Below, one piece after another: positions 1-12,715 of a stretch of 32,000 nt of DNA. Where the stretch lies: positions 30,001 to 62,000 of the forward strand of contig NZ_NVQC01000022.1 in assembly GCF_003044035.1 (NCBI RefSeq), read 5' to 3'. The notes below the pieces were generated by a model that saw only the letters and a list, made by a program, of their open reading frames with translations, had not been told where the DNA came from and ran no database searches. Each line of letters begins with the position of its first letter. The stretch's first letter is position 1. The stretch is from Candidatus Methylomirabilis limnetica. GTDB lineage: Bacteria; Methylomirabilota; Methylomirabilia; Methylomirabilales; Methylomirabilaceae. A program made the position numbers and the translations under genes.

Positions 1-1
1 A

Positions 2-958
2 TTAAGGCCAGAGGATGTCGTAACCGTCAAAGACTGGCCCGTCCTTGCAAACGAGGCGGTAGGTCCGACCTGCTTGGCTGGCAGACAGGTCTTGTTCGCC
101 ACCCTTCACCGGTACGACGCAGCCCATGCAGGCCCCGAAGCCGCAGGCCATGCTCGCTTCCATGGAGGCCTGATAGGGCAGCTCATATTTTTCGGCAATC
201 GTCGCAAGAGCCGCCAGCATGGGATGCGGGCCGCAGGCGTAAATCCCCCCAACCCCCCTTTTATAAAGGGGGGAACTGGCGGATTTGGGGTGCGAGGTGT
301 TGAGATACTGCTCCAGCAGTTCGGTCACCAACCCTTTCTGACCGGCGCTGCCATCTTCTGTGGCCACGTGAATCTTTGCGCCGACCCGCTTAAAATCGAC
401 GGTACACAGCAGATCAGCCTTAGATCTCCCGCCGAGAAAGACGGTCATCTTCGTTTCGCGTGATGCTCGGCGCGTGGCAAGACCCTCAGCAAGGGCGGCA
501 ATCGGAGGGACACCGATTCCGCCAGCAACCAGGAACACCTCCGTTGCGGAACGTGGAACCTCAAAGCCGTTCCCCAAGGGGCCGAGAGCCCGGAGGGACC
601 TACCTGGACGCATCGTCGCCAGGAGCGCCGTCCCGCGGCCACACACCTTGTACAAAATCTCTACCTCGCACCCCGGATCGGTGTCCGGGGCAGGCCCCGC
701 ACGCCAAATCCCCCCGTGCCCCTTAAATCCCCCCGTGCCCCCCTTTGATAAAGGGGGGTTGGGGGGGGTTTTTACACTTCGGATGCTCAAGGCTCGAGGC
801 AGCAGCGGATCCAGTCCATCTGTACATCCAAGCATGAGAAACTGGCCAGGGCGGAATCTGGCCAGGTATCGAGGGCCAACCAGACGCATCGAAAAGTACT
901 CCGGTGCGATCTGCCGATTGGACACCACTTCAACTTGGACCTCAGATGCCGTCGCCAT
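2..958 (-). CDS. pyrK: Dihydroorotate dehydrogenase (class 1B) electron-transfer subunit PyrK, carrying two in-frame repeat-derived inserts
   Basis: ORF 2..967 (-). Ferredoxin-reductase-type motifs are present: RALSI (RxxS FAD motif), CGRGT, LGPLGNGF, VAGGIGVPP, ACGPHPML. The C-terminal 2Fe-2S Cys cluster is CGFGACMGCV...CKDGPVF. ATG at 958 has GAGGGG about 8 nt upstream; GTG at 967 is the alternative start. It is the last visible gene of the minus-strand pyr operon. Confidence 0.9.
   Translation of the reverse strand: MATASEVQVEVVSNRQIAPEYFSMRLVGPRYLARFRPGQFLMLGCTDGLDPLLPRALSIRSVKTPPNPPLSKGGTGGFKGHGGIWRAGPAPDTDPGCEVEILYKVCGRGTALLATMRPGRSLRALGPLGNGFEVPRSATEVFLVAGGIGVPPIAALAEGLATRRASRETKMTVFLGGRSKADLLCTVDFKRVGAKIHVATEDGSAGQKGLVTELLEQYLNTSHPKSASSPLYKRGVGGIYACGPHPMLAALATIAEKYELPYQASMEASMACGFGACMGCVVPVKGGEQDLSASQAGRTYRLVCKDGPVFDGYDILWP
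241..286. repeat. C6/G6 palindromic repeat element, copy A (inverted, degenerate), inside the pyrK CDS
   Basis: AAATCCCCCCAACCCCCCTTTTATAAAGGGGGGAACTGGCGGATTT. It has the same architecture as copies at 706-773, 973-1020 and 6069-6114: AAATC6-3nt-C6-TTT, an AT-rich loop, then AAA-G6-...-ATTT. Confidence 0.8.
706..773. repeat. C6/G6 palindromic repeat element, copy B (with duplicated left arm), inside the pyrK CDS
   Basis: AAATCCCCCCGTGCCCC (706-722) is followed by TTAAATCCCCCCGTGCCCCCCTTTGATAAAGGGGGGTTGGGGGGGGTTTTT (723-773). It is near-identical to the intergenic copies C and D. Confidence 0.85.
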
Positions 959-972
959 TCCCCGCACCCCTC

Positions 973-1020
973 AAATCCCCCCGTGCCCCCCTTTACCAAA
1001 GGGGGGTTGGAGGGGGTTTT
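973..1020. repeat. C6/G6 palindromic repeat element, copy C, intercistronic between carB and pyrK
   Basis: AAATCCCCCCGTGCCCCCCTTTACCAAAGGGGGGTTGGAGGGGGTTTT. It fills most of the 968-1056 spacer between the carB stop and the pyrK start. Confidence 0.85.
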
Positions 1021-1056
1021 GCACTTCGCACATAGGGCAGCCACAAGGGACTGCCC

Positions 1057-4335
<3,279 letters not shown>

Positions 4336-4369
4336 AGCTGCAAGACTCCCGCTGATTGAACCTCACACG

Positions 4370-4564
4370 TCAAGCGACAGCGTACTCCACGGATTTAGGA
4401 TTCTGGACCCGCTTGGATGCGTTGAGGATTTCCATGCCCACAATGTTCCCGTCCTTGTCGTAGTCCAGAATTACCCCTGGTTTGTCCTGGTCACTCTCCT
4501 CAACCTGTGCGTCACTAAATTCGATTGTGAGTACATCCACTTCTTGGTCATATTTGACCTTCAT
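4370..4564 (-). CDS. DUF2283-family small protein (putative antitoxin-like partner)
   Basis: The reading MKVKYDQEVDVLTIEFSDAQVEESDQDKPGVILDYDKDGNIVGMEILNASKRV matches the DUF2283 pattern (YD.e.D.l.i......v......g.i.d.d..G.i.GiEil.as). GGAGGG precedes the ATG. The ATG at 4564 overlaps the upstream gene's TGA (ATGA overlap). The longer track ORF 4370..4660 has an implausible N-terminal extension. Confidence 0.75.
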   Translation of the reverse strand: MKVKYDQEVDVLTIEFSDAQVEESDQDKPGVILDYDKDGNIVGMEILNASKRVQNPKSVEYAVA

Positions 4565-4818
4565 GGCACCCTCCAGTACTTGCTGATCTTGCTTGTCCGG
4601 TACACGGTGACCACAACGGGGGGATCGACCGTTTCGTTGACCATCACCCGCAAGAGACAAGGCTTTCCCTCGATTTCTACCTGAGATTGATAGCAGGTAA
4701 CGTTGTCCACCTCAGGTACTTTCTGTTCCGGCCCTTGTAAAACCTGCTCCAAGAGCTTTCGCGAAATCTTACGTCTATCTAGTTCCTCATGCAGATGCTT
4801 AGAGTAGTGGAACCTCAC
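4561..4818 (-). CDS. DUF4258-family small protein (putative toxin-like partner)
   Basis: VRFHYSKHLHEELDRRKISRKLLEQVL... fits the DUF4258 N-terminal pattern (i.fs.HA...m..R.I....v..vl). GTG at 4818 has GAGGA about 9 nt upstream. The track start (TTG at 4842, TTGA overlap with the carA stop) is the alternative. Confidence 0.65.
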   Translation of the reverse strand: MRFHYSKHLHEELDRRKISRKLLEQVLQGPEQKVPEVDNVTCYQSQVEIEGKPCLLRVMVNETVDPPVVVTVYRTSKISKYWRVP

Positions 4819-4838
4819 CGTTCTGCATCCTCGATCAA

Positions 4839-6050
4839 TCAACCCTTCGCGCCCTCCCGGTTGCGCTTGCTCGCCATGAGGTCCACGAAGCGCTGAAAGA
4901 GGTAGCTGGCGTCATGGGGACCAGGGGAGGCTTCCGGGTGGTATTGCACCGAAAAGATCGGGAGGCGACGATGTCGCATCCCCTCGACGGTTTGGTCGTT
5001 GAGATTGATGTGGGTCAGCTCGATCTCTTTATCCGGGATCGAGGCGATGTCCAAGGCAAAGCCGTGATTCTGGGTGGTGATCTCCACCTTCCCGGTCGTC
5101 AGATCCTTGACAGGCTGGTTCCCGCCGTGATGACCGAACTTCAGTTTGTAGGTCCGTCCCCCGAGGGCGAGACCCAGGATCTGATGGCCCAAGCAGATGC
5201 CGAAGATCGGCGCGGCGCCAATCAGCTTTTGCACGTTGTCAATCAGATACGGCACGCCCTCCGGGTCGCCGGGGCCATTACTCACGAAGACCCCATCCGG
5301 GGCCAAACCCATGACCGTGGACGCAGGAGTATCCGGAGGAACCACCGTCACGTCGCACCCTGCCTCTACCAACCTCCGCAGGATATTCAACTTGATCCCG
5401 CAGTCGTAGGCCACCACACGGAAGGGTTTATGGGTTAGGGTAGAGGGGTTAGGGAACAGCGCGAGCTGATCTGCCAACTCGAAACTCGAAACTCGAAACT
5501 CGAAACTGCCTTCGTACCCCTTTCCCAATTGCCACGGTCCCTCGCGCCACGTGTAGGGCGAGGTACAGGCCACCTCTTTCACCAAATCGCGACCGATCAG
5601 GCCAGGCGAGGCCTTGGCCTTGGCAATCAGGCTATCTGGGTTCAGGTCTCTTGTTGAGATCACCCCTTCCATCGCCCCATGGTCCCTCAGATGCCTGGTG
5701 AGCGCCCTGGTATCGATCCCCTGAATTCCCACGACGCCCTGCTCTTTAAGGTAGCTGTCAAGGGTCCGAGTGCTGCGCCAATTGCTTGGGTAGGGGCTCG
5801 CCTCCTTCACAATGAACCCCTCCACGGCCGGCACTGTTGACTCGACGTCCTCAGGGTTGATGCCGTAGTTGCCGATCAGAGGATAGGTCATCACGACCAT
5901 CTGGCCCTTGTACGAGGGGTCGGTCAGGACCTCCTGGTATCCGGTCATGCTGGTGTTGAAGACCACCTCACCGACGGTCTCCCCTTCTGCGCCGAAGGAG
6001 ACACCCTCGAAGATGGCGCCATCGGCCAGCGTCAATAACGCCTGCTTCAT
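4839..6050 (-). CDS. carA: Carbamoyl-phosphate synthase small (glutaminase) subunit, with a repeat-derived linker insert
   Basis: 403-aa ORF. N-terminus [47 protein letters not shown]. Class-I GATase motifs are present: [10 protein letters not shown] (catalytic Cys) and [13 protein letters not shown]. Confidence 0.97.
   Translation of the reverse strand: MKQALLTLADGAIFEGVSFGAEGETVGEVVFNTSMTGYQEVLTDPSYKGQMVVMTYPLIGNYGINPEDVESTVPAVEGFIVKEASPYPSNWRSTRTLDSYLKEQGVVGIQGIDTRALTRHLRDHGAMEGVISTRDLNPDSLIAKAKASPGLIGRDLVKEVACTSPYTWREGPWQLGKGYEGSFEFRVSSFELADQLALFPNPSTLTHKPFRVVAYDCGIKLNILRRLVEAGCDVTVVPPDTPASTVMGLAPDGVFVSNGPGDPEGVPYLIDNVQKLIGAAPIFGICLGHQILGLALGGRTYKLKFGHHGGNQPVKDLTTGKVEITTQNHGFALDIASIPDKEIELTHINLNDQTVEGMRHRRLPIFSVQYHPEASPGPHDASYLFQRFVDLMASKRNREGAKG
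5424..5510. repeat. Heptamer-tandem-repeat element inside the carA CDS
   Basis: On the plus strand: GGGTTTA TGGGTTAG GGTAGAG GGGTTAG GGAACAG, a 16-nt spacer, then (AACTCGA)x4 at 5476-5503 plus partial AACTGCC. On the coding strand this is (GTTTCGA)n ... CCCTAAC-type heptamers, translated as [24 protein letters not shown]. Confidence 0.85.
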
Positions 6051-6068
6051 AAGCGTCCCTTGTCCCCC

Positions 6069-6114
6069 AAATCCCCCCGTGCCCCCCTTTTAGAAAGGGG
6101 GGATGGGGAGATTT
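6069..6114. repeat. C6/G6 palindromic repeat element, copy D, intercistronic between pyrC and carA
   Basis: AAATCCCCCCGTGCCCCCCTTTTAGAAAGGGGGGATGGGGAGATTT, within the 6051-6138 spacer. Confidence 0.85.
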
Positions 6115-6138
6115 CGCATACCGTGCTTCGCACTCTCA

Positions 6139-7482
6139 TCACGCCTCCCAGACCACCTTGCCAGCGACAAGCGTCGCCACAGCCTGCCCCTTAAGCCGCC
6201 AGCCGTGGAAGGGGGTATTGCGGCTTTTCGACACAAAGGCGCCCGCGTCCACCTCCCACTCCCGAGTCGGATCAAAGATCGTCAGATCAGCGTCGGCGCC
6301 TTCGGCAATGCGTCCCTTTGGGAGCTTCAGGATGCGCGCGGGCTCGCTGGTGAACTTCCCCATCGCCTGCGAGAGTGTGAGTACTCCAGGATGCACCAGG
6401 GTTGTGATCGTCACGGCGAGTGCCGTCTCCAGACCGATCACCCCGAAGGGTGCCTGATCGAACTCCTGCTCTTTCTCCTGGACCGTGTGAGGGGCGTGAT
6501 CTGTCGCGATCACGTCGATGGTTCCGTCTCGCAGGCCCTCGATCAGGGCTTGCCGGTCGGCCTCGGACCGAAGCGGCGGATTCATCTTGGCGTGAGTACT
6601 GAAGCCACGGACCGCCTCCTCCGTGAGCGCCAGGTGATGCGGGGTCACCTCGCAGCTCACCCGGACCCCGCGGGCCTTGGCCTCGCGGATCAGACGTACC
6701 GATTCGGCTGCGCTCACGTGCGCAATGTGGAGTCTCGCGCCAGTCAGCTCCGCCAGGAGGATATCTCGCGCTACCATCACCGCCTCCGAGGCTGAGGGGA
6801 TGCCACGAAGCCCGAGATCGGTCGAGACGAACCCCTCATGGACCACGCCCCTGCCGCTCAGGTGCAGATCCTCACTATGCTGGATAACCGGCAGGTCAAA
6901 CATCGCCGCGTACTCCATGGCCCGCCGCATCAGTTCGGGGCTCATCACCGGCCGACCATCATCGGAGATAGCGACGCAGCCAGCCTCGAATAGCTCTCCG
7001 ATCTCGGCCAGCTCCTCCCCTTTCATCCCCTTCGTGATGGCGCCAACGGGGTACACCCGAACGACCCCCTCGCGCTTGGCCGCGTCAAGGATGAACTCGG
7101 TAACAGCGCGCGTGTCGTTTACCGGGTCGGTGTTCGGCATACAGCAAACCGCCGTAAAACCCCCCCGCGCCGCAGCCATCGTTCCGCTCGCAATGGTCTC
7201 TTTATCCTCACGTCCTGGCTGGCGCAGGTGGACATGCATGTCGATCAACCCCGGACAGACCACCAACCCTGTGGCATCCATCACCCGATCAATGGACTCT
7301 ACTCCTGCTGTCTGGGATCTCGAATTCTTTGATGTCTTCCCGTTTCCCCGGGTGTTAAGAGTGGGTTCTGCCGTGCTCCGGCCTAACCTTATAATCTTCC
7401 CGTCTTCTATGAGGAGATCCAGGATTTCATCGACCGCATTTGCAGGATCGATGACTCGACCACCCTTGATCAGAATCCGCAT
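6139..7482 (-). CDS. pyrC: Dihydroorotase
   Basis: 447-aa ORF. Amidohydrolase metal motifs are present: PGLIDMHVHLRQPG (HxH) and VIATDHAPH. Its position between pyrB and carA fits the operon. Confidence 0.95.
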   Translation of the reverse strand: MRILIKGGRVIDPANAVDEILDLLIEDGKIIRLGRSTAEPTLNTRGNGKTSKNSRSQTAGVESIDRVMDATGLVVCPGLIDMHVHLRQPGREDKETIASGTMAAARGGFTAVCCMPNTDPVNDTRAVTEFILDAAKREGVVRVYPVGAITKGMKGEELAEIGELFEAGCVAISDDGRPVMSPELMRRAMEYAAMFDLPVIQHSEDLHLSGRGVVHEGFVSTDLGLRGIPSASEAVMVARDILLAELTGARLHIAHVSAAESVRLIREAKARGVRVSCEVTPHHLALTEEAVRGFSTHAKMNPPLRSEADRQALIEGLRDGTIDVIATDHAPHTVQEKEQEFDQAPFGVIGLETALAVTITTLVHPGVLTLSQAMGKFTSEPARILKLPKGRIAEGADADLTIFDPTREWEVDAGAFVSKSRNTPFHGWRLKGQAVATLVAGKVVWEA

Positions 7483-7502
7483 GAGAGCTCCCTCACCCGC
7501 CT

Positions 7503-8432
7503 TTATCCCGCCTGCCCGCCGCCAGCAATGAGGTAGAGCAAGGCCATCCGCACGGCCAGGCCATTTTCCACCTGATTGAGGATCAGCGAATAGGGCCCAT
7601 CGGCGACGTCTGGCGCAATCTCCACGCCCCGATTGATCGGGCCGGGGTGCATGATCAGCACATTAGGCTTTGCAGCCTTCAGCCGTTCTACGGTGAGACC
7701 GAACAGGCGAGAGTACTCTCGCAGCGAGGGAAACAGCCCGGCCTGTTGGCGCTCGACCTGAAGTCTCAGCATCATGATGACGTCGACCTCGGCGATGGCT
7801 CGATCGAGGTTCGTAAAGACCTCAACGCCGAGTCGCTCGACGAAACGGGGAAGCATCGTCCGGGGCCCTGCAACCCGCACCTCCATCCCCATCTTCTGCA
7901 TCCCATGAATGTTGCTCCTGGCGACCCGGCTATGAGTGATGTCGCCGATAATGGCTGCCTTGAGTCCCTCCAGTCGCCCCACCTTCTCCCTGATGGTGAA
8001 GAGGTCGAGCAGGGCCTGGCTGGGATGCTCGTGAGCGCCATCGCCGGCGTTGATGATCGGCGCCGCAAGTCGCTTGGCCAGGAATTCTGCCGCTCCAGCG
8101 GATGGATGGCGGATAACCACGACGTCCGGGTGCATTGCTTGCAGCGTCAGGCCGGTATCCTTCAGACTCTCCCCCTTGGCCACCGAACTGGACGAGATGG
8201 AGATATTGACGACGTCGGCGCTCAGCCACTTGCCTGCGATCTCAAAGGATGTCCGGGTCCGCGTGCTGGGCTCGTAGAAGAGATTGATCAGGGTCTTGCC
8301 GCGCAGGGCCGGCACCTTCTTGATGTCGCGGCGGGCCACCTCCTTCATCGACTCGGCAGTATCCAAGATCAGCCGGATCTCGTCTACCGTCAGCTCCCGC
8401 ATGCTCAACAGATCTTTTCCTGCCAGGCCCAT
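7503..8432 (-). CDS. pyrB: Aspartate carbamoyltransferase catalytic subunit
   Basis: 309-aa ORF with [11 protein letters not shown] (carbamoyl-phosphate binding STRTR), [11 protein letters not shown] and MHPGPINRG motifs. Confidence 0.97.
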   Translation of the reverse strand: MGLAGKDLLSMRELTVDEIRLILDTAESMKEVARRDIKKVPALRGKTLINLFYEPSTRTRTSFEIAGKWLSADVVNISISSSSVAKGESLKDTGLTLQAMHPDVVVIRHPSAGAAEFLAKRLAAPIINAGDGAHEHPSQALLDLFTIREKVGRLEGLKAAIIGDITHSRVARSNIHGMQKMGMEVRVAGPRTMLPRFVERLGVEVFTNLDRAIAEVDVIMMLRLQVERQQAGLFPSLREYSRLFGLTVERLKAAKPNVLIMHPGPINRGVEIAPDVADGPYSLILNQVENGLAVRMALLYLIAGGGQAG

Positions 8433-8443
8433 CGCTTCCTCTC

Positions 8444-9037
<594 letters not shown>

Positions 9038-9087
9038 TTATTCGACAAACGCTGCCTAGAATGATTTGCGAAGTTCCCACAGCATCT

Positions 9088-9120
9088 CCTTTTCGAACCT
9101 CTCTGAGTCCGATTAAAAGG
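9088..9120 (-). promoter_or_regulatory. PyrR-binding-loop-like RNA hairpin in the pyr leader
   Basis: The minus-strand RNA reads CCUUUUAAUCGGACUCAGAGAGGUUCGAAAAGG. An outer stem CCUUUU/AAAAGG encloses CUCAGAGAGGUU. This resembles the conserved UCCAGAGAGG core of Bacillus-type PyrR binding loops (recalled from memory). It lies between the candidate promoter and the terminator. Confidence 0.55.
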
Positions 9121-9127
9121 CCAGTTC

Positions 9128-9155
9128 ACTGTACCAAAACGCGGCTGACAGTCAA
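9128..9155 (-). promoter_or_regulatory. Candidate sigma70-type promoter of the pyr operon
   Basis: The minus strand reads TTGACT (9155-9150), a 16-nt spacer, then TACAGT (9133-9128). This places the TSS just upstream of the PyrR-loop hairpin. Confidence 0.45.
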
Positions 9156-9210
9156 GCCAAATCCTCACACGTCCAACTCATGGCTCATCTTCTTCCCTGC
9201 CGCTCTCCTC

Positions 9211-9504
9211 CTATACCGTAGGCGGCCCGGTCCGTCGCGCTTCAATCAATTCGCGGACAGCCGGAACCAGGTAGACTGTGGAAAGGTCGAACCGTGACAG
9301 GCAATCGGCCAGGACCCGTATTCGATCGCCCGGAGTAAGGCGATCATCGACGATCGCCACGAGTTGTCCTCGCAGCGTGCAGGTCCCGCTCTTCACGACA
9401 AATTCCTGCTGATCCAAGCTCTCGTAGAGGACCTTGACACCAAGCCGCTCTGCTAGCTCTTCGAACTGTTGCAGGAGTATAGCTTCGATCATCGCGCTCA
9501 CCAA
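9211..9504 (-). CDS. Hypothetical small protein (about 92-97 aa)
   Basis: ORF with coding-like composition and no competing ORF. No motif recognised. Start is uncertain (M1 or MIEAILL). Confidence 0.45.
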   Translation of the reverse strand: MVSAMIEAILLQQFEELAERLGVKVLYESLDQQEFVVKSGTCTLRGQLVAIVDDRLTPGDRIRVLADCLSRFDLSTVYLVPAVRELIEARRTGPPTV

Positions 9505-9573
9505 CGTGGGTGACCATCATCTGCAGAAGCCACCCTACAGAAGAAGCGCGCAAATGTCAAGGTGACGGCCAGA

Positions 9574-9715
9574 CCCAAGAACAGCGATAGGCTTCGCAAC
9601 TACTCGATTCTTCCCGTCGTTGCGAGTACCCGTAGGGTGCGTGGCAATCTCAGTGCAATAATGCGAGATTGCTTCACTTCGTTCGCAATGACAACTTTCT
9701 ATCGCTGTTCTTGGG
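9574..9715. mobile_element. 142-bp MITE-like palindromic element with 17-bp perfect TIRs and a CCAGA flanking direct repeat
   Basis: The TIRs are CCCAAGAACAGCGATAG (9574-9590) and CTATCGCTGTTCTTGGG (9699-9715). Internal arms are GTCGTTGCGAG...GGCAATCTC and GAGATTGC...CGCAATGAC. It is flanked by CCAGA at 9569-9573 and 9716-9720. It is non-coding. Confidence 0.75.
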
Positions 9716-9727
9716 CCAGAGTGCCAG

Positions 9728-9780
9728 GAAACAGAAGAAAACCGCTGCGGGACTCACCGGACGGTCAGTCCCGCAGCGGT
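9728..9780 (-). terminator. Rho-independent terminator of the 9816..10073 gene
   Basis: Perfect 14-bp stem ACCGCTGCGGGACT / AGTCCCGCAGCGGT (9741-9754 / 9767-9780) with a 12-nt loop. On the minus strand it is followed by UUUUCUUCUGUUUC. It lies 36 nt after the stop codon. Confidence 0.75.
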
Positions 9781-9815
9781 CGGAGGGAGGGGAGGTCACG
9801 CAGAGCAGGAAGCGT

Positions 9816-10073
9816 TTACCGCCAGTGGCCAGGAACCCAGGCACCCCATCGGTTGACGTGTCCAGGAACCCGGACAGGCCGATAATAGACAGGCGCAGGT
9901 CGCATGCGCCACCCTGGAGCCGGTGCCACAACAGGAGCCCGGGCGACGACCACGGGGAATGGGACCCCGACGTTGATTCCGACCCTAACCCATGCCAGAG
10001 CCGGCTGAGTTGCAGCAACCAATCCACCGATAACGAGCGCCATGACGACCAGTTTCGACAGATACTGCTTCAT
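9816..10073 (-). CDS. Small secreted protein (signal peptide; Pro/Val/Trp-rich, GHW repeats)
   Basis: MKQYLSKLVVMALVIGGLVAATQPALA is a typical Sec signal peptide with an AxA site. The mature part contains PGHVNRWGAWVPGHW. The terminator directly downstream supports expression. Confidence 0.6.
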   Translation of the reverse strand: MKQYLSKLVVMALVIGGLVAATQPALAWVRVGINVGVPFPVVVARAPVVAPAPGWRMRPAPVYYRPVRVPGHVNRWGAWVPGHWR

Positions 10074-10219
10074 GATCGTTCCCTCCTGTTGTGGTTGTTG
10101 TAACTGTTTGCCTGATTAGACAGCCGACATCGACAAGGGTTTAAGGGCCGAATTACCTTGCCTAGTTGGAGACATTCTGTTACCAATAGGCCGAAGGTTA
10201 AATCTGTGAATCCCTGTAA

Positions 10220-12609
<2,390 letters not shown>

Positions 12610-12715
12610 GGCGCGCTATTGACATTGTGAAGTTTCATCGCACTCATGGGCCATTTACTGGCAAAACAGGACCAACACACATCCTGGAAAGCAAAAACAC
12701 CATGCACGGAACCAT

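Noticed and set aside
5476-5503. Considered whether the tandem or heptamer repeats (here, 23237-23355 and 31411-31484) could be a CRISPR array
   Set aside because: The period is 7 nt with no spacers, the arrays are 2-4 units long, and no cas genes are in the window. This is not CRISPR.
9040-9087. Possible 9-codon leader peptide (AUG CUG UGG GAA CUU CGC AAA UCA UUC UAG) in the pyr leader, as in leader-peptide-coupled pyr attenuation
   Set aside because: The AAGGAG sequence abuts the AUG with zero spacing, so it cannot act as an SD. There is no other support. I kept only the PyrR-loop/terminator interpretation.
9562-10103. Plus-strand ORFs 9562..9885 and 9669..10103, and minus 9674..10027
   Set aside because: They run through the MITE and the terminator hairpin and lie antisense to the signal-peptide gene. 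The FVRNDN/AMTT-type peptides are typical mistranslated repeats.
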